From Microbotryum violaceum (Eukaryota): a stretch of 64,000 nt of DNA. Shown piece after piece: positions 57,595 through 64,000 of this stretch. A program made the translations under genes and the position numbers. The stretch covers positions 248,001-312,000 of the forward strand of contig LN717261.1 of the NCBI GenBank assembly GCA_001244265.2. The letters are read 5' to 3'. The notes below the pieces were generated by a model. It was not told where the DNA came from. It saw only the letters and a list, made by a program, of their open reading frames with translations, and searched no databases. Numbering within the stretch: the first letter of the stretch is position 1; every line of letters starts with the position of its first letter.

Positions 57595-59711
57595 TAACCC
57601 GTAAATAGTCCTGCCCACTCCCTCAAACCTTTCCTTTTTCCCTACTCTCATCCAATTTTAGTGACACTCATTCAAGAACAAACCCTCGCTACTATGCCAA
57701 GGTCCCAACGTCGCCAGGGAGGGCCATCGCAACCTCGCCAAGTCTTGGGCGCGAGGGTAGCGCCGTACCATGGGCTACCATGGGCCTGCTCGAGCGCCCG
57801 CTGCTGGGCGCCCCGCGGCTCGACCCTCCTCTTCGTCCCGCGCCGATCAACAGAATCAGCCCCCGCGCGTCATGACAACAATGCAACCGATCTTGGCATT
57901 GCGACACGTATACGAGCCCGCCGTGCAGCTGTGCAGAACGGACAGCGTGGTCAGCGCGATGGCCAACTCGACGCTGGGCTCGCCCCACCACCACCTCCGC
58001 AAAGGCGAGTGCGCCGGGCTCGAACCGCGCTCAAACCCCTCAAGCCCCACGTTTTCGCAGGGCAAGGTGCAGCTACCTCCCCCTCCCCAGCCCAATCTCG
58101 AGTATCGGCAGCTTCTTCAAGGCTCGGATAGCGGTCAGTTGCTCCGTCCAACAACATCTCTCTGCAGTATGGCCCACATGCTGAACTGTGCGATGCACCT
58201 ACACAGACGCTAAAGCATTTCGCGAGGATGCCCGGTTTTACAATAACGCGTTGTCCTTTACTTCGCTCGCTGCCCACTGCTGGGACCAAACTCAAGTGGA
58301 CACTCTAGGACCTCCCGTGTTTCGCGTGTTCGGCCGCCTCTATCATTGACTCGGTGCCCTGATCCCTGCCGTGAATCAACGCCCAGCCTTTGCCCAGACA
58401 TGGCTGATCGACCCGGCCGAGGCCACCAACACACGACTTCAAGGACCCGACAGCGCAGAGACTCGCATTCAAAGATCAACGCTGACCAAGCTCGAGTCCA
58501 TGTTGCGCACCGGCAATCGCTTTGTGAGGGAGTTCGCATCGGCCAAAGCCCGCGCGGGTTGGGATACGGCCAAAGAGTGGGTCCTGCGCCTCTGCCTACC
58601 ACCAGGCCGAGACCGACGCACCCACAACCTTCCTACGTCAAGCACGGAAATGGCGATGCTTATCTGCGATTCCGACACCAACACGGGAGATTGTGGACCT
58701 CAAGACCTTATTCTCCAGGTGCACGGTGATTGATGTCCCGATGGTCGGCCCAAGTACCGTATCGTTAGCTCGCTCCATCCGTCCGCGATGCCTCTCCGTT
58801 ACCCACTACTTTTTCCTGCAGGGGAAAATGGCTTCCACCCCAACATTTCTCTTTGCGGGGTTCCACCCAGCCAGGCCGCCAATCGCCAGAAACTGAGAGC
58901 AGATCGACAATGGTGTCCAATCGCGCGAGGTACTTGCCGGTCTCGGTCTGGATGACGAAGACGAACAGGAGGACGAAGACCGCGACAATGAGGATGAAGA
59001 CGGCGAGGAAGGGGACGAAGAGGATGGTGATGGCGAACGTACGCGTCTTCGGCTCTTTCTCTGATGTTCCATTCTGCCGAAGGCGCAAGCACAGACTGAC
59101 ATTGAACTTTTGAACACCTAGGACGAAGGTCAAGTAAAGGGGTCGAGGTGGCGAGTCTCGCGTTCACAATTCTTTGCGCACTACTTGCCAAACGCGACGA
59201 GCACTTCTCAATCCTGCATTGCACCCAACGTCCCTTCCTGGAGTCCGTGAATTACGGATGTACTCCCAAGTCAAGACCGATTGACTCAACACATCCGGTT
59301 ACATCAAGAGAACCTACGCCTCACCACGACCCAAGGCATCAACGGCTTGACCCCGAACCAAATCGCGACATCACGCAGCGATACCTGGATGCGATGGCGT
59401 GCGTTGTCAAACATGGAAAGCCTCCGCTGCTGATCACGATGACGTACGACCCCGACTCACCGGAAATCAAGGCTGCACTGGGGCCGATAAAGCATGCAAC
59501 CGTCCGGATCTCATTGCACAAGTGTTTGAAGCCAAGTCCGGCAACAAGCGACATGCAGGCTGTTTTGGCAATGAATGTAAGATGAATGGATTTTGTTTCT
59601 TTGCTGTATTTCGTATTGTCTTAACCTCTGCACTGATATCATGTAGACTGTTCGATTATCCTGCTATTTTTTGAATTTCATCCTCCCGTTAATTTAACGG
59701 GTTCCCACTGG
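57595..59711 (+). mobile_element. Non-autonomous Helitron copy B
   Basis: Inverted homologue of copy A. 3' hairpin CCCGTTAATTTAACGGG then CTGG|T; same RepHel remnants; 5' TC not clear. Confidence 0.9.
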
Positions 59712-59728
59712 TGTCAAAAAACAAAAAT

Positions 59729-59757
59729 GCGCCTCCGGCTGGGCTTTCGGGGGTCCT
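59729..59757 (+). promoter_or_regulatory. 29-bp motif copy 4
   Basis: GCGCCTCCGGCTGGGCTTTCGGGGGTCCT, preceded by TGTCAA-N9-AT and followed by a CT-rich tract. Confidence 0.55.
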
Positions 59758-59945
59758 GCGCTCGGCCAGAATGACGACGATGTGCGAGCGCTCTCCCCGC
59801 GCTCTTCCTCCCTGTTCTCTTCCTCTCTGTTCTCTTCCCTCTGTTCTCTTCCTCCCTGTTCACGCTCTCCCCTCGACACGCCCTCACTCTCCCCTAACTC
59901 TCTCCTACCGACTTGCCACGCCAGCACACGCAATCACACGCCAGC

Positions 59946-60239
59946 ATGACCACCTCCACCACCCCTCTTACGCTCCCCTCCCTCCTCTCAGATCTGCATC
60001 ACCTGTCGTCCAAGCCGAGCCTACTCCCCTCCCCCTCCCTCGATACCGACACCGACACCGCGGACAGTTCGCCTTCGTCCCAAGACCCCTCCGCCCTCGC
60101 CGTCAGCGTAGCGAATTCGTTCCTGCTCGACAGTCAGCGTGTCTTGCACAAGTTGGATTCGGAGCAGGTGCAGGAGCTCGGGCAGGCGATCGAGCAGCTA
60201 GAGAGGAGGGTCGAGAGCATCGGCCAGGCGTTGCGCTGA
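59946..60239 (+). CDS. Small hypothetical protein (~97 aa) with C-terminal coiled coil
   Basis: MTTSTTPLTLPSLLSDLHHL...ELGQAIEQLERRVESIGQALR*; CT-rich leader. Confidence 0.6.
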   Translation: MTTSTTPLTLPSLLSDLHHLSSKPSLLPSPSLDTDTDTADSSPSSQDPSALAVSVANSFLLDSQRVLHKLDSEQVQELGQAIEQLERRVESIGQALR

Positions 60240-60627
60240 GCGAGCGAGTGGTGGTGGCGTGTAGGTGTCGGGCATCCGGAATGGACTACCACAACCGCCG
60301 AGCGGCGATCGACAAGGAACCATCTTCAACATGTACTACCACGGAATGCCCTCAATTCGGGCCCGGCCACGTCCCAATTCGGCTTCCCGTCGACCGACCG
60401 ACGTGGCACACCGTCTCGACACCATTCGGCAATTTACAACCCAAGCCTCGAATCACGTCCTAGCCTCCGCAGCATGTTTTTCGGCCCGAGCCGTGTCTCG
60501 ACGACTTGAAAACTTGGACCAGGCGAGACGGTCCATGCTCTCCGCGAGTCAGGATAGTGATCGATGATGCAATCAGAAACAAGGTTGACAATTACAGATA
60601 CCCTAAAGAGAGGCCGCCACAAGGAAT

Positions 60628-63005
60628 CTACTCATCCTCCTCCACCTCAATCCCCTCGGCCCGCGCCGCTTGGTCCACCATCTCCCTCGTCCTCTCCCTC
60701 ACCTTCCTCTGCAACCTCATCCAACCCCCTAAAGGCGTCTTCTCCTTCTCGAAACCCAACAAGAATCTCTCCACCTTGTCCCTCTGCATCGGCGCAAACT
60801 CGATATTTTCCCTCTCCCCTTCGATCCACTTGGCATTCATCTCCGTCTTGTCGACCAAGACCTTGATCAACATCCCTAATTTGGCTTGCCGCGTCTTTTT
60901 AGCGTGCCTCTTGAGCGTGACGATGCAAGGTAGACTCCATTCGGGGAACGCGATCGAGGTCGACCACGCAGTGAGGTACTCTCCTAAGAAATGTACGACC
61001 TCATCCGCCAACCCATCGGCGTACACCCTCGTCTTGGGGTATTTCGAGGGCGCCTTGAGATACAACTCGAAATCCAACGGTTTCAGAGTAGATCGCTTCA
61101 ACGCCCTCGCCGCAAGACCTGTTGGGGACGTCCCTCCCAACTCGGGGGAATCGAGGACTTCGAAGAGGCTCGTCGCGAGCGGGATGTAGACTCCCGTTTT
61201 TTGGACGATGCGCAGGAGGGATCGGATGAAGTGGAAGCGTAGGGGAAAGTAACGCGAGGTAGGCACGAGGCGGATCGCGCCTTGACCGACTTGGATCAAC
61301 GGGTACAACAGTTGGCGTAAGGGCGAGTCGTGGGTTTGGGAACGCGTGCGTTCGAGGTCGCACGCTGAACTGAGCACGATCGACCAAAAGTCAAAGGCGT
61401 GTACGAACTGCCAGTTGTAGGCCGATTTGAACGAGTCCTGGATCGAAACGCGTCAGATTAGCACAGCTTTTTTCCGAGAATGGCGAGAATATTCGGCGGC
61501 CCACCTTGAACCCCTCCTTGACGGCCTTCCTCAACAACATCGCCAACATCCTCACGTACCCAAACGTCAACTGGTACACCAACTCCTGCTCCTGTTTCCC
61601 GTCGATCAAGAACAACTGACTCGCCGCGTTCTTCATCAGGTTCAGACTCGGCAACGAATGCACGTTCGTCGTCTTTGACGAGCTCAAAAAGGTCGCGTAC
61701 ACGCCTTTGAGAACGGATTCACGCAGACTGTGGTCGGAAGCGATGGCAAGTTTACGAAGGCCGAGGAAAGCTGCGACGCGCACTTCGTCGGTCGAGGATT
61801 CGTACAACGAGAGCAAGAGCTTGACCCATGCTCGAGCGATCTTGCGATTGCCTACGATGTAGGGCACCAGCTTGGACGACTCGTTCACCGCGACTGAAGG
61901 GATCCCCGAAGAAGTCGATACGCTGCCCAAGAGGGCTTGCAAGGAAACAAAGTAGGACTTAATCAGTCGTTGGGCCAACGCATAGGCTTTCGTATTGGTC
62001 GCGAGCTTGTATTTGCCGTACTTTTCCTTGTACGGCACGGCAGAGGATAGAGTCACCGGGGTGAATTTGAGCGAGGCGATGATGAGGTTGTGGAACACTT
62101 TGGGCGATTGGATCTCCCAGCGTGCGCCTTGTAGTGAGGTCTGGTGCGATCCGGTCGTGGCGGCGCATCGGAAGGCGAGCAAGAGTTTCTTGAGCGAGCC
62201 GATCGAGCGGGTCTGAGGAGGGAGAAACGTGATCAGTCCAGGGTTCGGACGCCTCAGGCTGACAAGACTAACCTGCAGGATGGATTTCTGCCATTTCCTG
62301 AGAATTTCGTGCGTCAAGACGGGTGCTGGCTTCTCCTCCTTTTCGACTTTTTTGCCTCGCCTGTTGGTGTCTTCCTCATCCTCCTCGTCGTCGTCCTCAT
62401 CGTGCTTCTCTTGGTCATCGTCGTCCTGCTCATCCTCATCCTCGTTGAACTGGAGCAACTCAGCGTCGTTCTCCTGCAAGTACTTGAAAAAGTCGGGGTT
62501 CTTCTCGGCCAAAGCCTTGAGATCGGCGACGTGGGATCGTTTGCACGAGCGTGAAGCGGTCTCGTTGTCGGAATCGGAGCCGAGATTGGACAAGTCGTCG
62601 TCTTCGAGGGCGAGATCATCGTCGTCGTCGTCGTCGTGGCCGCTCTGTGGGGGGAATAATGGTTTCAGTTTGGGCAAGGTCACCGAATCGCATTCTGCTG
62701 TGACGGACCTGATCATCGTTCTGTAACCCATCGGCGCCCAAGACGTCCTCGACGTCGATCTCATCCTCGTCCTCATCCTCGCTATCCTTGGCTCGGTTAC
62801 CCGCCTCTTCATCCAAACTGTCCTCTCCGTCGTCGTTGTCCCCGTCAGCTGGCTTTACCTCGTCAGCCCTCCTGTTCCTCTTGACCTGCCTCCCCTTCAC
62901 TTTTTGTCTGAACGCCTTGACCTCGTGCCGTTTCTTGATCTGGCCGGACAAGAGCCCTTTTTTGAGGAACGCTTTCGTCTGTTTGCCTTTGGAGACTTTG
63001 CCCAT
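60628..63005 (-). CDS. NOC2: Nucleolar complex protein 2 (60S biogenesis), multi-exon
   Basis: MGKVSK..TKAFLKKG, acidic tracts, LAEKNPDFFKYLQENDAELLQF, AFRCA, FGYVRMLAMLLR, LLYPLIQV..GAIRLVPTSRYFPLRFH, SIAFPE. Confidence 0.93.
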
Positions 63006-63148
63006 CTTGAACCGAGTGGACGGGGATGAATCAAGGAAGGCCGAGTGGGATGGGCTGGAGGAAGGGAGAGCGGAGGAGGAGGGGAGCCGAGTCTGAAACT
63101 CTGAAGCCCGAGCTCGGACGCTTCGCAGCCGGCAAGGCGAGGCGAGGG

Positions 63149-63177
63149 AGGACCCCCGAGAGCCCAGCCGGAGGCGC
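63149..63177 (-). promoter_or_regulatory. 29-bp motif copy 5 (upstream of NOC2)
   Basis: Minus strand GCGCCTCCGGCTGGGCTCTCGGGGGTCCT, 144 bp before the NOC2 ATG. Confidence 0.55.
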
Positions 63178-63566
63178 GTAGTGCCGACTGGACAAATTGT
63201 GGGCCTCAGATGGGCCAAAATCGCCAAGGCGCGTAGTCGGGGGTGGACAAATCAGGGTGCGCCGGTGCGGATGGGGGCCTAGGCCCGTAGGTGCCAGTGG
63301 ACAAATCTCGGCCGATTTCAGCTACATTCGGCTTGGTGCGGCAAAGTTTGCCGACCCTCAAGAGCGTGCGGGAGCGCGCGCGAAACACTCTGGGCTATAC
63401 CGAATCAACAACAACGGCTCTAATTGTTCAATATTTGCAATGTAACCTCTTGGCTGGTTGAACGAAAAGTCCGAGTGCGCACGTCTCTTGCCTCCCCCAC
63501 CGCGTCGCGTCGTCTGTGCCATCATCGTCATTATCCTACGTTCTCGCTTCAGCCAGCTTCGACGAA

Positions 63567-64000
63567 ATGTATCTAGACGATCCGGATATCGAGCTTCTTG
63601 ACGATGATTTCGAGCGAATGGCACCCTTGAACGTGAGGGTGTCTCGAGCTTCTCGCCTTCCGCTTCGACAGCCCACTGCAGACACCCAGATAACCCAGAT
63701 ACAGCTTTCATGGTCGACAGACGAGCCTCTCGAGTGTGATACTCTTCCTAGGCCGCTCGATGCTTGGACGGACAAGTTCAAGGATCGTGGAGCAATTACT
63801 GCGGCGCGTGAGCAAGGTTACCGGTCAATTGCTATCGCTGGGCACCGGCTGCCTTTCGGTGTCAAAAGGATTTGGCGGCATATAGACTACGCCGAGCGCA
63901 TGCGTTCGATCGTTATCAGTAGCCAAGAGTGGATGAAAACTTATCTGGGTGTCAACATCGAAGATCAGCCTCTCATCGTCAAGGCTCTGGAGGTGCTGCC
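63567..64000 (+). CDS. Hypothetical protein, runs off the window
   Basis: Open frame MYLDDPDIELLDDDFERMAP...PLIVKALEVL to the window end with no stop; divergent from NOC2. Confidence 0.55.
   Translation, partial: MYLDDPDIELLDDDFERMAPLNVRVSRASRLPLRQPTADTQITQIQLSWSTDEPLECDTLPRPLDAWTDKFKDRGAITAAREQGYRSIAIAGHRLPFGVKRIWRHIDYAERMRSIVISSQEWMKTYLGVNIEDQPLIVKALEVL

Overview
Eukaryotic, intron-rich basidiomycete DNA. Gene and transposon content resembles Microbotryomycetes (inference only). Islands of host genes sit in a dense, nested transposon landscape. Host genes are a HOG1 MAPK, a membrane protein, a mannitol-dehydrogenase-like SDR, a METTL14/KAR4-like MT-A70 gene directly followed by an ALKBH6-like dioxygenase, a coiled-coil protein, NOC2 and several hypotheticals. 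Mobile DNA includes several Helitrons, three Ty1/copia families, a Ty3/gypsy chromovirus, an L1/Tx1-like LINE, a pogo-like TIR element, a 4.1-kb CA..TG element with an 8-bp TSD, and solo LTRs. Almost all TE coding sequence is disrupted, often by CpG transitions. The most unusual signals are: (1) a 29-bp motif, within a modular repeat carrying a bipartite TGTCAA-N8/9-ATGCGCCTC unit, found in sense orientation upstream of five unrelated genes; (2) the tandem METTL14-like and ALKBH6-like pair; (3) LTR elements with non-canonical termini; (4) two inverted Helitron copies about 50 kb apart that look identical over their 3' ~1 kb but diverged elsewhere. All calls were made by eye and exon boundaries are approximate.
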